39,828 nucleotides of DNA from a virus. Lineage: Duplodnaviria > Heunggongvirae > Uroviricota > Caudoviricetes. Position 1 is the stretch's first letter; the number at the start of each line of letters is the position of its first letter. The notes under the pieces were generated by a model. That model was not told where the DNA came from. It made no database searches and was given only the letters and a program-made list of their open reading frames with translations. Made by a program: the position numbers and the translations under genes. Below are positions 22,419-32,934 of this stretch, piece after piece. The stretch lies in IMG/VR virus record IMGVR_UViG_3300032038_000006, one strand, 5' to 3'.

Positions 22419-24805
22419 TCCTATCCCCTCACTAAATCTGAAGCTATGTCGCCTTCATCAATGTTTATGGCTTTTACACCAGTAGCATTACGAGTGAGCT
22501 CTCTTAACTCAGAAGTTGATATTTTTATGTTCTTTCGTTTTACTATAATTATTATATCACTTTCTTCGTTTAAAGTCAAGAATTTGACTATTTTATCTCC
22601 GTCTCTTGTGTCAGAAATCTTCTTACCCTTGATAGGGCGGCCACAAACTGGGAACTCGCTCATAGAAGCTTTCTTAATCAAGCCACGTTCAGAAAGTGTA
22701 ATCATATACTTATCCTTTTCGTCGATTATTTTTGCGTCAATTACATAGTCATCGTCATTAAGCTTAATAGCCTTAACACCTGCTGTTGCTCTTCCTATTG
22801 CATTTATATCTTCTGTATTTATTTTAACAAAATTTCCATTATTTGTCAAGATTCCGACTTGTTCGTTCTTCATAAAGAGAACATTGACAACTTCATCGCC
22901 GTCTTTAAGATTGATTGCCTTAAGAGCCTTGCCTCTCTTAAAGTTATACTCCTCGCCCGCAGTTTTCTTAATCATACCGTTCTTAGTTACGAAGACGTAA
23001 TATTCAATACCATGTCTACGATTTACTGAGGTAATAGTTGTAGGCTTTTCATCAGGTTTGAAGTCAAATAACTGTGCTACATTTACTTTAGAATTGATAG
23101 GTAAATCATCAATAGATAAAGCATATGCCTGACCGAGATTAGAGAATATCATTAATGAGCTAAAGTTGTCATCATTAATGGTCTTGACAATCGCTTCATT
23201 ATCTGCCATTTTAATCTTAGAACCCTTGCCACCGCGGCGCGTTTTCATAAGAGTAGAACTTTCTACGGTATAAATGTTGCCAAGATTAGTATAGTATATA
23301 AGAAGTTCCTTCTTTTCAATAGGTTCTGCATCTTCCTTATCCTCATCACAATCGAGGTTAAGAACAGTAGTTCTACGAGGGTCTCCCCACTTCTTATCAA
23401 TTCTATCGAGTTCTGCAATAAAAGCTGCCTTGAAAGTAGCTTCATCATTTACAAGCGTATCGAGACCTTCAGCTTCTACTCTTAACTTTTCAAGTTCCTT
23501 TTCAATCTTAATATGTTCCAACTTCATTAAGCTTCTGAGTTTAAGTTCAATGATAGCCTTAGATTGCTCTTCATTAAGACCATACTTCTCTTCAAAAGTT
23601 TTTATGAGTGTGGCCTCAGATTCTGCTGACTTAATGAGTTGAACTACCTCATCAATATTAGCAATAGCGATAAGATAACCTTCCTTAATGTTTATCGCTT
23701 TCTTAACCTTGTTATAATCAAAGATATAAGAATGCTTTAAACAGCCCATAGCATGGTCAAGATATGCCAACATCATTTCCTTTAAGCCATACTGCTTTGG
23801 CTTTATACCATTTTCAAGCATAAGCTGACAAATAGTAAATGAAGACTGGAGAGATGTTTCCTTATAAAGCTGACGAACTAACTGCTTAACATTAGTTCCC
23901 TTATTTAAGGTAATTACAATCTTAGTACCATACTTACCGCAAGATTTATCGGTGCCATCATAGAAGCTCTTGATACCAAGTAACTTGCCTTCAGCTATTG
24001 CTTCTTCAATTTGCTTTGTAATTCTTCCAGTATAAACTTGATAAGGTACTTGCTGAATTTCAAGTTCGTTCTTTGTTTCATCATATTCAATAACCGCTCT
24101 TAACTTTACTGCCTTGCCGCGGCCTGTACGTAGTGATTCTTTTACTGCTTCACCATTTATAATTGTAGCTCCAGTAGGAAAGTCTGGTGCAATATAAATC
24201 TCATCATAATCTGCATCTCTGTTATTAACCAATATCTTCAAAGAGTTAATAGCCTCAGAAAGATTAAAACAAGGAATACTACTTGCACAACCAACACCAA
24301 TACCGGTATTACCATTTACGAAGTTAGGGAATAAAGTTGGTAATACAGAGGGGTATTTATCTTCACCAGAATAGTTAAGCTTCCATTCAAGAACACTATC
24401 CTTTTTAATGAGCTTTGTAAATTCATTTGCAATTTCTGAACTACGAAGTTCAAGATAACGTGGCGCCGCATGGTCCTTACCAGCTCTCATAGAGCCTACA
24501 TTTCCCTTTGGGTCTTCAAGACAATATCTCATAGAGAATGGTTTCGCAAATCTTACAATATTGTCCCAAATACCAGCGTCACCATGAGGATTCCAGTGCA
24601 TTACTGGTCCATAGATGTATGTACCTTTCTTTCTATTTTTATCAAAAGTGTTCTTTTCAAGATACTGTGACCAAAGAATATATCTACCACCAGTCTTTAA
24701 ACAGTCACGAGCATCAGGTAATGCTCTTGTCTGAATAACATAAGCGCTGAAAGGAAGATAAGCTTCTGGTACAGCGTCTCTGATTTCTTTAGAAATTATC
24801 TTCAT
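22415..24805 (-). CDS. gyrA: Type IIA topoisomerase subunit A (GyrA-like, with beta-pinwheel CTD)
   Basis: RALPDARD, PHGD, AAPRY (catalytic Tyr), PDFPTG, GyrA-box-like TRRGGKG, CTD repeats. TAG 22421-22423 is followed by GAA TGA, which overlaps the next ATG. Confidence 0.92.
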
Positions 24806-24824
24806 TTTCTCACTCCTTTTCTAT

Positions 24825-24879
24825 ATTATAACATACTTTATTTAAAAAATCAAATAAAGGAGAAGTTATCTTCTCCCTT
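24825..24879 (-). promoter_or_regulatory. Terminator-like hairpin plus SigA-type promoter between gyrB and gyrA
   Basis: GGAGAAG...CTTCTCC hairpin (about 24857-24879), then TTGATT-N17-TATAAT. Confidence 0.7.
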
Positions 24880-26743
24880 ATTCTCCATCAACCATAGAAA
24901 AATCAACATGGCTGAAAATGTAATCTGTACGCTCTTCATTCTCCTTACCAAGAAGAACGTTAAGGATGCGAGCTGCCTCCTCAGCATCTTCAATAGTAAA
25001 CTGAAGAAGTCTTGCATTTTCACCATAAGCTGCAAGTGCGAATACATCAGGGTCCATTTCACCAAGTCCTTTATTACGAGTATATGCTGCACCAGGATGC
25101 TTTGCTACTATTTGTTCGAGCTCTTCATCATCATATGCAAACACTAACTCTTTACCAATAGTGACTTCGTAAAGTGGGAACTGTGCCCAATATAACTTAC
25201 CTGCCTGTATAACTTCTGGCATAAGTACGTAGAATAATACAAGGAGCAAGCATACAATATCGAAACCGTCGGGGTCAGCATCTGCTGCAATAGCGACTTT
25301 ACCATAACGAAGTTTCTTTAGATTTACCTTATCCAAGATTCCACAACCAAGAGCCTTAGCTATATCTTGAACCTCTTGATTTTCAAGTACCTCATCAAGT
25401 GCATTTTTCAATGCATTAATAACCTTACCACGAACTGGTATCGCGGCAACATATTCACTGTCACGAGAATTTGTGAAAGAACCAAGCGCAGAATCACCCT
25501 CACAGATGTAGATGATTGAATTTTCATTGTGATTTCTACAATCAAGAAGCTTATCAACCATTACCGATTTCTTCTTAGTTTCTTTCTCAATTTCCTTGCC
25601 AGCATTAAGAACCTTCTGACGCTCTCTTTCAGCGGCGCGGTCTGCTTTATCAAGTTTGGTCAAAAGCTCTACAACCTTATTGAAGTCATCTGGACGGGCC
25701 ATTTGGAACTCCTTAAGACAAGCAGATATAGCTGCTGATGTTGCAGTACCAGCTTCAGGGTTTTCAAGTGAGTCCTTCTGCTGGTTGGACCACTGACCAA
25801 CTTTAACCTTAACAGAGATAAAGCCGTCAAGAAGATTTCTTATCTGCTCACCTTCAAACTTAGTCTTTGCGAGTGAATTAAAGGTTCTTGTAAGAGAAGA
25901 CTTAAACATACTCATAAATTTACCGCCGTTCGGCACATAAAGTGAGTTTGCATATCCTCTTAAATTACCCTTCTTTGAAACCCACTGTAAAGCAAATTCA
26001 ACTTTACAATCGGGTGTCTCATAGTAATATGAGAATGGACGAGATAAAGCATTATTATTGCTAAGTCCATCAATAAGACCGTTCTTAGAATAGAACTTCT
26101 TTTCAACGCCGTCAACAATAAGAATGAAAGTTAATCCCTTTGAGAACAAGCTCATATTAGTGAGCATTGCTTCAAACGCAGGAATATCAATGAATACATC
26201 TCCATATACTCTTGCATCAGGCTTATATGTAATAATAGTACCAGTATCTTTTGCCTTACCAACAATCTGAACGTCACTTAAAGGATGAGCTCCTTCTGCG
26301 TCAGACTCGTATCTCTGCTTGTAAATATTGCCGTCTCTATGAACTTCAACTTCAAGCCACTCGGCAGTATGGCAGACAATCTTATTACCTTCACCATTGA
26401 TACCAACGGCAGAAGAATAAGCTCCTTCCATATGCTTACCGCCGCTGTGAGGGATAAGAAATGCCGCAGTAAGAGAGTTGATACCGTCGTCACGCTTACC
26501 GACAGGAATACCTCTCGCATTATCTTCACAAGTTATAACTCTTGCGATTGTATCAATAGTTACTTTACAGTATGGATTTACAGGCTGATATACTTCGTAT
26601 TCATCTTGTACGTTTACTACCAACTCTCTTAAACCAAGGTTAATAGCTTTCTGCATATCACCGCAAAGATACATACCAATCTTATCTCTAAACGCTCTAC
26701 CAGCACTTAGAGAGACTATATCTTTTACGCCATAATCACTCAT
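24878..26743 (-). CDS. gyrB: Type IIA topoisomerase subunit B (GyrB/ParE-like)
   Basis: ELVVNVQDE, DNARGIP, HSGGK, EGDSA, PVRGK, DADPDG, KGLGEM. Confidence 0.93.
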   Translation of the reverse strand: MSDYGVKDIVSLSAGRAFRDKIGMYLCGDMQKAINLGLRELVVNVQDEYEVYQPVNPYCKVTIDTIARVITCEDNARGIPVGKRDDGINSLTAAFLIPHSGGKHMEGAYSSAVGINGEGNKIVCHTAEWLEVEVHRDGNIYKQRYESDAEGAHPLSDVQIVGKAKDTGTIITYKPDARVYGDVFIDIPAFEAMLTNMSLFSKGLTFILIVDGVEKKFYSKNGLIDGLSNNNALSRPFSYYYETPDCKVEFALQWVSKKGNLRGYANSLYVPNGGKFMSMFKSSLTRTFNSLAKTKFEGEQIRNLLDGFISVKVKVGQWSNQQKDSLENPEAGTATSAAISACLKEFQMARPDDFNKVVELLTKLDKADRAAERERQKVLNAGKEIEKETKKKSVMVDKLLDCRNHNENSIIYICEGDSALGSFTNSRDSEYVAAIPVRGKVINALKNALDEVLENQEVQDIAKALGCGILDKVNLKKLRYGKVAIAADADPDGFDIVCLLLVLFYVLMPEVIQAGKLYWAQFPLYEVTIGKELVFAYDDEELEQIVAKHPGAAYTRNKGLGEMDPDVFALAAYGENARLLQFTIEDAEEAARILNVLLGKENEERTDYIFSHVDFSMVDGE

Positions 26744-26778
26744 TTAGCCTTTTCCTCCTTTTTTTCATTTTCTATATA

Positions 26779-26824
26779 ATTATATCATAAATAACGAAAA
26801 AAGTCAAGATATTAAATCTTGACT
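26779..26824 (-). promoter_or_regulatory. SigA-type promoter with a palindrome over the -35 box
   Basis: TTGACT-N17-TATAAT; AGTCAAGAT-ATTAA-ATCTTGACT at 26802-26824. Confidence 0.85.
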
Positions 26825-26833
26825 CATTCTTTA

Positions 26834-27085
26834 TTAGCGATTTTCCCAATATTCTCCAGTATTTTGACCTTTAAAAATTTTAATTAATTCCTGTTTACGT
26901 ACTTTATTTACTTCATTCGCATCCTTATTACAGCAGGGGCAGGGAACATAATAATAACTTGCATTATAACTATCATATTTTCTATACTCATCTTTATCAG
27001 CTCTACCTGCCCAGCCACACTATGTACATTCAAAATATTTATATTCTTTGAGTCTCTCTTTATTCCCTTCAATTATCGTGTTCAT
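26834..27085 (-). CDS. Small Zn-ribbon protein, 83 aa (1 TAG inside CxxC)
   Basis: YFECT*CGW...VPCPCCN; GGAGG RBS. Confidence 0.7.
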
Positions 27086-27392
27086 TCGCAACCTCCCTTA
27101 CATCTGCAAAATTTTTGTCTATATCTTCAGCCATAGCCTTACCAAGCTCAAGCCAATACTCTTCTTCAAGTTTATTGTCGTCTTCAGCCATTTTGCTGAA
27201 TAAATAATGTAATGACAAACCTCTTGCAGTATCTGTGTTATAGTAATCTGGACAGTTAGTACATTGACCTGGATGGTCATTCTCCTTATCACTCATACAT
27301 CTATAGCAGTCTCCACAGCCGGGCGCACCGCCATTCACTTCTGCAATTAAACAAGTTTTACATATACAGTGGTCACATTTAAAATCACTCAT
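27069..27392 (-). CDS. Cys-rich hypothetical protein
   Basis: CDHCICKTC...CGDCYRC...CTNC; GAGGAG RBS before ATG 27392. Confidence 0.65.
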   Translation of the reverse strand: MSDFKCDHCICKTCLIAEVNGGAPGCGDCYRCMSDKENDHPGQCTNCPDYYNTDTARGLSLHYLFSKMAEDDNKLEEEYWLELGKAMAEDIDKNFADVREVANEHDN

Positions 27393-27403
27393 CTTTATTC
27401 TCC

Positions 27404-27514
27404 TCACTCATCTTTATCTTGCCAGGGCTTTTTATTCTCTCCAGAAAAATCATCACGACAACAAAGTCCAAATCCAAAACCAATTATAAAAATAGCACAT
27501 CCTACCCAAAACAT
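27404..27514 (-). CDS. Small membrane peptide, 36 aa
   Basis: MFWVGCAIFIIGFGFGLCCRDD...; GGAGG RBS; TAATG coupling. Confidence 0.55.
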   Translation of the reverse strand: MFWVGCAIFIIGFGFGLCCRDDFSGENKKPWQDKDE

Positions 27515-27738
27515 TATTCTTCCTCCTTAATGTAAAGTCCGCAATGACAAGTGTCGCCACATTTTACATTCTCACGGAAATCTTTACAAGGACATACATA
27601 GTCCTAATCATTCTGTGTGTTGTATTTAAAGTTAGGTACACAAGGACAATAGAACTTACCATACAACTCTTTATTTTTCTTGAGGGCGGCACGAATTTCA
27701 CCAACAAGAACTATATCATCATTAACTTTCATTTTCAT
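27514..27738 (-). CDS. Ferredoxin-thioredoxin reductase catalytic-subunit-like protein, 74 aa (1 TAG)
   Basis: YCPC...*DYVCPC...TCHCGLY: the CPC/CPC/CHC signature. Missing from the ORF track. Confidence 0.85.
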
Positions 27739-27938
27739 TCTGTTTCTCCCTCCGTATATTTATAAAATGCCATTCCAGCGTTTATGATAGTTCCATGCTC
27801 ATACGGTATCATAGTATGCGGGTCAATGAAACATATCTACGCATTTTTATCATTATTAAAAGGCACTCTTATGTCTGTATGAGCTATTATTTTCTCCAAA
27901 CGACACAAAGCACCTGGCTATTTTCCATCATTTGTCAT
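27735..27938 (-). CDS. Hypothetical protein, 67 aa (2 TAG)
   Basis: GGAGG RBS, ATG 27938; TGA overlaps the next ATG. Confidence 0.55.
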
Positions 27939-28449
27939 CGGTAATATCCTCCAGCCTCATAGCATATTGGTTATCTGAAGCTAATTCTACTCCAAGTAAT
28001 TCATCAAAGCGGTTTGGTTTGTTCGGAATAAATCTTCCGAATTTAATTATGATATTCATATCTTCATATACTCTCAATGTTTCCAGCTTATCTTTTATTT
28101 CATTTGGATAATAACCAGTATAGATGACTATATCTGGAGCTTTCTTTATATCAAAAGAACAGTTATAAAGAGCATAGAGAATAGAAAGCAGCTCACACAT
28201 ATCCAATAGAGTATCAAATGGCTCCAGGCCACCAAAGACAATTGCTTCAGAAATAGGATTATTGTAAAATCTTGTTGCTATTTCTACTGGGTTCATATCA
28301 ATCTGCGGCGCATTAGCCAATGTAGAGTTCTGACAAACCTGTATTCCACATTCCTTATCACATTTGAATGAACATTTAGGCATACCTATAAACATAGAAG
28401 GCTTCTTATATTGACAAAAGTCTTCATCAATCAGATTTACTATTTTCAT
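27928..28449 (-). CDS. nrdG: Anaerobic ribonucleotide reductase activating protein (radical SAM)
   Basis: CSFKCDKEC...CQN, GGLEP, IYTGY, KFGRF, ASDNQ; near nrdD. Confidence 0.87.
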   Translation of the reverse strand: MKIVNLIDEDFCQYKKPSMFIGMPKCSFKCDKECGIQVCQNSTLANAPQIDMNPVEIATRFYNNPISEAIVFGGLEPFDTLLDMCELLSILYALYNCSFDIKKAPDIVIYTGYYPNEIKDKLETLRVYEDMNIIIKFGRFIPNKPNRFDELLGVELASDNQYAMRLEDITDDK

Positions 28450-28789
28450 TACTTATCTCCTTTAACTTCTCATAAAGAGCATTAATGATTTCTTCCTCCT
28501 CCATATGTTCTCCTTCAAAGATAATTTTAACGGGTCTTTCTGGGTTAACAGGAAAAACATAAGCATAATTATCCACAACTTGAAGTATATCCGAAGGAGG
28601 TAAAGTGGGAGGGCATACTGGAAGTAATGCCCTCTCAATAATTTCATTTAGCTCTTTGTGACTAATAACTCCGCCATCATTAATATTTTTTAATCCAACT
28701 TTAGCTTCTTTTTCTGTCAATATATATCCTGGTCTTGCCATATCAACAAGTCGATTTAATTCTTCTTCAGAAAATTTTCTATTTTCCAT
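28427..28789 (-). CDS. Hypothetical protein, 120 aa
   Basis: Open frame coupled to the nrdD stop (TAATG). Confidence 0.65.
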   Translation of the reverse strand: MENRKFSEEELNRLVDMARPGYILTEKEAKVGLKNINDGGVISHKELNEIIERALLPVCPPTLPPSDILQVVDNYAYVFPVNPERPVKIIFEGEHMEEEEIINALYEKLKEISNENSKSD

Positions 28790-30735
28790 TACATTAAATC
28801 TCCAAAGTTTACATTAACAGGCTCCCATTTTCTTAACTTATATTCAGCCTTTCTTTCTCTTGTCCAAGTATTAATTGGAGTTAAGAAACCAACAACTCTT
28901 GTGTACTCAGTTGCAATAGGCTTACCACAGATAGGACAAGTTGTACCATAGAAAGCGTGGTTGTCTTCACAAGCCTGTATTTTTGTATTAAATGCAAAAT
29001 ATGTAACGCCCTGGTCTGCAATATATTCTGTCATCTTTCTTGCAGTCTCATAGTTCTTAAATGGAGCATCAATATTTGCGTGGAGAATTGAGCCGCCGTT
29101 ACAGAAGCCATCGAACATAGCCTGAACACGAACTCTTTCCTGTAATGTTGACTTAATACCAAGAGGCATAAACTGATTACCATAAAGAGGTAAGTCATAA
29201 ATATCAGCATCGGGATAGAAGAACATATCCTTTCTCATCAGCTTGGCTGCGGCGTTCTCACCAGGGATTTGCTCTGTATTGATTTTGTAATCATATCCAT
29301 TCTCTTCAAGGAAATTGTCTGCAACTTCACGAATGGTATTGAAAATTTTCTCACCGAAGTCTGCGGCCTCCTGAGTGTAATATGTATTACCAAGTTTATC
29401 CTGATATGTGCAACCAAATTTCTTCATAGTTTCATAGATACCAATGAAGCCGATTGTATTATAAAGATGCTCGAAATCAATAAGTCCATAAGAGAAATTC
29501 GGAAGAAGTTTCTTTTCAACATCTCTCTTAATAATATGACGAACAACGTGGAGAGAACGAACAATACAAAGTATTCTTGCTTTAAGTTCTTCAAGATATT
29601 CTTCCTTAGTATTTGTATCAAGTGCAAGTCTTGCTAAGTTAATTGTATTAACCTTAACAGAACCAACCTTCAATGCAGTACCACCAATAGAGTTAAAGTA
29701 ACCGAGGTCACGAATATCGCTCTTAAGGCGGCAACAATTAGAAAGACTTGATACGTTATCGTCAATAAAGAGGTTACTATCAGACCATTGCATATTATGC
29801 TTGATAGCCCATTCTGCAAATTCTTCATCAAGGAACTTACCATTCTTTCTTACCATAGACATAGTAGAAACAGGGAATGTAAACATATTCTCATGACGGA
29901 CATCTGCCATAACTTCCATATACATCTTTTGGAAATCCATAATTCCTTCAATGTGGTCAACCATCATATCGCCATTTGGGAACTCTGAACCACCAAAAAG
30001 TGCCATAAGATATTCTCTGTCAAATACAGAGGTATTTGTAAATGCTGATTGCTGTCCATCTCTTACACAAGGTTGGTTAACAGCATAAATAAATCTTTGA
30101 ATATTCTGTCTTGCATAGTCTTCAAACTGTTGCATACCGAGATAAGCACAGTTCCAATCCTGTTTCCAGAAATAATACATATAAGGAATAAGATTTGGTA
30201 AGCCAACGGCTCCTGAAGTTCTATTACTTGCGAAGTTAATATATTCCTTTACGAAATCAACAAAAGTAGTCAAATGCTTAGGAGGCTTAGGATTGAAGGT
30301 ATCTCCAAGGAAGAATAATCCCTTTTCTGCCAAATCCTTTAAATCATAAGCAAAACAATATGACTTAAATGTTGCTGTGTCTGCGTCATGCATATAGATT
30401 TCTCCCATCCAATCGCGGCGCAACCACTCATTAGCAGCTTTAAAACCATATTCCTTCTGCATTTCGTAATAAATCTTTTGGAATGACATAAGCTTTCTAT
30501 GAGGCTTAGGCATTTCAGAAAGAAGAGTTACCATGTCTTTTCTTCTTACATTACTGTTTGAGTCGATTGAACTATCTGCAACAACGGGAACATCAACGAA
30601 ATTATCAATGAAGTCACCATAAGAAAGCTGTTCATCACCGAAACCGTTTAAATCTGCAAGCTAAGTTCCAAACTCATTCTATAATTTATTCCACTATGTA
30701 GTGAAATTTTTTGATACCTTAATATTAATCTGCAT
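28789..30735 (-). CDS. nrdD: Class III (anaerobic) ribonucleoside-triphosphate reductase, 648 aa (TAG at codons 14, 19, 25)
   Basis: IYMHD, YCFAY, TFPV, SNCCRL, PGEN, Zn site, TRVVGFL glycyl-radical loop. Confidence 0.93.
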
Positions 30736-30979
30736 TAGACTGCTCACCTACCCATTTTATTGCTGAAGGAAATTGCATATAAGTTACTTGGAATCCGACA
30801 TCAGGAAGTCTTTCCAAAACTGAAAGTATTGGAACCGTATCTGTTTCTGCCATTTCACAAGCCTTTTGAATCTCGTCCATATCTGTAACAACCGCATACT
30901 CAATGCCCGCGGCGTCAAGTTTCTTTTTAAGCACATTACACTTTGGACAACCAGTAGAATAAAGTGTTATATTAGCCAT
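30725..30979 (-). CDS. nrdH: Glutaredoxin/NrdH-like redoxin
   Basis: LYSTGCPKCNVLKKKL, TVPIL. Confidence 0.8.
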   Translation of the reverse strand: MANITLYSTGCPKCNVLKKKLDAAGIEYAVVTDMDEIQKACEMAETDTVPILSVLERLPDVGFQVTYMQFPSAIKWVGEQSNAD

Positions 30980-31012
30980 ATTCTCACTCCTTTTCTAATT
31001 TATTCTATAAAT

Positions 31013-31041
31013 ATTATACTCCAAAAATTTGTAAAAGTCAA
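31013..31041 (-). promoter_or_regulatory. SigA-type promoter of the nrd operon
   Basis: TTGACT-N17-TATAAT. Confidence 0.8.
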
Positions 31042-31132
31042 ATTATTCACTTGGAGTGTAATAACAAGTAAAATTGACAACAAGTTCATCTAATAAATTA
31101 GAAATGATTTTATCAAAATCAGGTTAAAGTAT

Positions 31133-31163
31133 AAAAAAAGAGTGGCGTCGCGGCCACTCTTTT
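31133..31163. terminator. Intrinsic terminator
   Basis: AAAAAAAGAGTGGC-GTCGCG-GCCACTCTTTTT. Confidence 0.85.
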
Positions 31164-31164
31164 A

Positions 31165-31638
31165 TTATTTGACGTCCCAATTCATCATTTCTTCATATAG
31201 CTCATGGGCAAATGAATTGCCGCCGATTGAACTATATGCTTCGTATAAAGAACAAAGGTCATCTTTTGTTCTGAGGTCAAGGGCTTTTTCATCTTTGTGT
31301 GCATAATAAATTTGAGTAATTGAATGTCTTAATTCAGATTTATTTATATTACGAGTTTCTTCTCTGTAATCAGTAATCTTTTCATTCATATCCTCAAATT
31401 TCTAATTCATTTCTGTCTTCATATCTTCCACACATTTCTTGATGTCTTTCCCGAAGTCTGTGAAAGTTTCGATTGCTGTGTCGTTCTTTTCTTTTTCGCG
31501 CTGTAGTTCGTCTTTTAGTTCCAAGTCTGCCTAATCAGGCTCGTGCTTGGCTCGAATTACATCGACAATAACTTTTCCGACTGCGCCTACTAAACCACCT
31601 AATCCAGCAAAAATAGCTGCTATTAATACTTCGCTCAT
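31165..31638 (-). CDS. Membrane-anchored coiled-coil protein, holin-like phage family, 157 aa (2 TAG)
   Basis: N-terminal TM segment VLIAAIFAGLGGLVGAVG; C-terminal LYEAYSSIGGNS motif. Confidence 0.65.
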
Positions 31639-32048
31639 TTTCTCACCCCTTGTCGTTTTAAATCATCTATATGATATTTGCTTTTAACCTAATAAGAGGG
31701 GTCAGATAAAACCTTTTTTAGGGTTAAATCTTCTAAATCCCAATATGGAACTCGAATAAGAGGAATTTTGTGCATTAAGCAATAGCTATTTTTTCTTCTA
31801 TCCCATTCTTGCTATTTTTTAAAACCAGCAAGATTTTTATGGAAATGCGGAGTATATTGAAAATGTTGTATTCCGTCATATTCTACCAGACAACATATTT
31901 TATTATTACGATATAAAGCAAAATCAAAACGAAGTAATGTTTGTCCTTTTCCGTGTAAATCCTCAAAAGACACTTCTCGCTCAAAATGTATCCCGCCGCG
32001 GCGGAACAAGTTAATTAACTTTTGTTCCCCTTTAGAAATCTGATTCAC
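31635..32048 (-). CDS. PD-(D/E)xK / Vsr-like endonuclease, about 137 aa (2 TAG)
   Basis: SKGE, LRFDF, VEYDGIQHF, D..KNSYC, LIRVPYW; TGA overlaps the next ATG; start codon uncertain. Confidence 0.75.
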
Positions 32049-32880
32049 AAATGTCGCCTCTTCTTCTTGGTGGGCGAGGTAAATCTTTTTTACATCTTGG
32101 AGGAATAAATACAGGATAAGGCATAGGAGCAAATGCAACTTTTCCGTTTTCTGGGTGATAGCAAGGAACCTTATGCGGTTCAATGTGGAAAGTAGCTAAA
32201 TGGTAATAAGTACCATCCTTACAAGGAATACCGTTAGGGAAGAAAGCAATCATACGTTTGATTCCTTCTTCTTCTGTTAAACCTTTCTCCCATTCATAGA
32301 AATCACATTCTAATTTTGCGGAGAAATAAGTTGTGTTAATAACATCTAAGTCTTTAGATTCCTCTTCTTTGGCAATCATTTCAAGACGCCAACCTTCTAG
32401 GCCGACGGCAAGTTTAGCCATAGAATCATCACTAAGTGTATACTTTAAGCCGTAGTAAATCTCCCTTCCTTCACTGAAGTCAAATACTCCGTCATCTAAA
32501 TCGTAAACAGCATCAAATAAAACATAGTATCCGTCAATGTTGTAAATGAACTGAACTATGTTTTTATTGCGGTACTTAGCTTCCATGAAAGTACCAGTAT
32601 TCTCTTTTTCTGTTTTGATTGTCTCAAGGAAATATTGACCTGGATTCTCGAAATTATAGCCCTTGTATCCGGGGACTCTACCCCAAGAGCTATTATAGTA
32701 ACCCAATTCTCTGTCGTCCTATGGGTCACCAAGGATTCTCTAAATAAGTAATGCGGTTTTAAGATAATCTTCTCTTACATTACAAACAGGGAATTTCTTG
32801 CAAGTATAACAACGAGGATGAATCTGTGTATGACGTGGAGGCTCCTTTATTTCTATTGGAGTCAAGAATGTCTCTTTCAT
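32032..32880 (-). CDS. Hypothetical protein, 282 aa (2 TAG)
   Basis: GAGGTG RBS, ATG 32880; N-terminal CYTC...C; in frame with track ORF 32032-32706. Confidence 0.7.
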
Positions 32881-32934
32881 AACCACTCACCTCTTAAAAA
32901 AAATAGAGAGTCTTTTCAGACTCTCCTCTAAAGA

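Noticed and set aside
27386-27417. Direct repeat CACTCATCTTTAT
   Set aside because: Only two 13-bp copies at a gene junction; most likely a local duplication of an RBS/start region.
6699-30735. Inteins or introns in dnaE, helicase, gyrA/gyrB or nrdD
   Set aside because: Protein lengths are ordinary, and no intein termini or LAGLIDADG insertions are evident.
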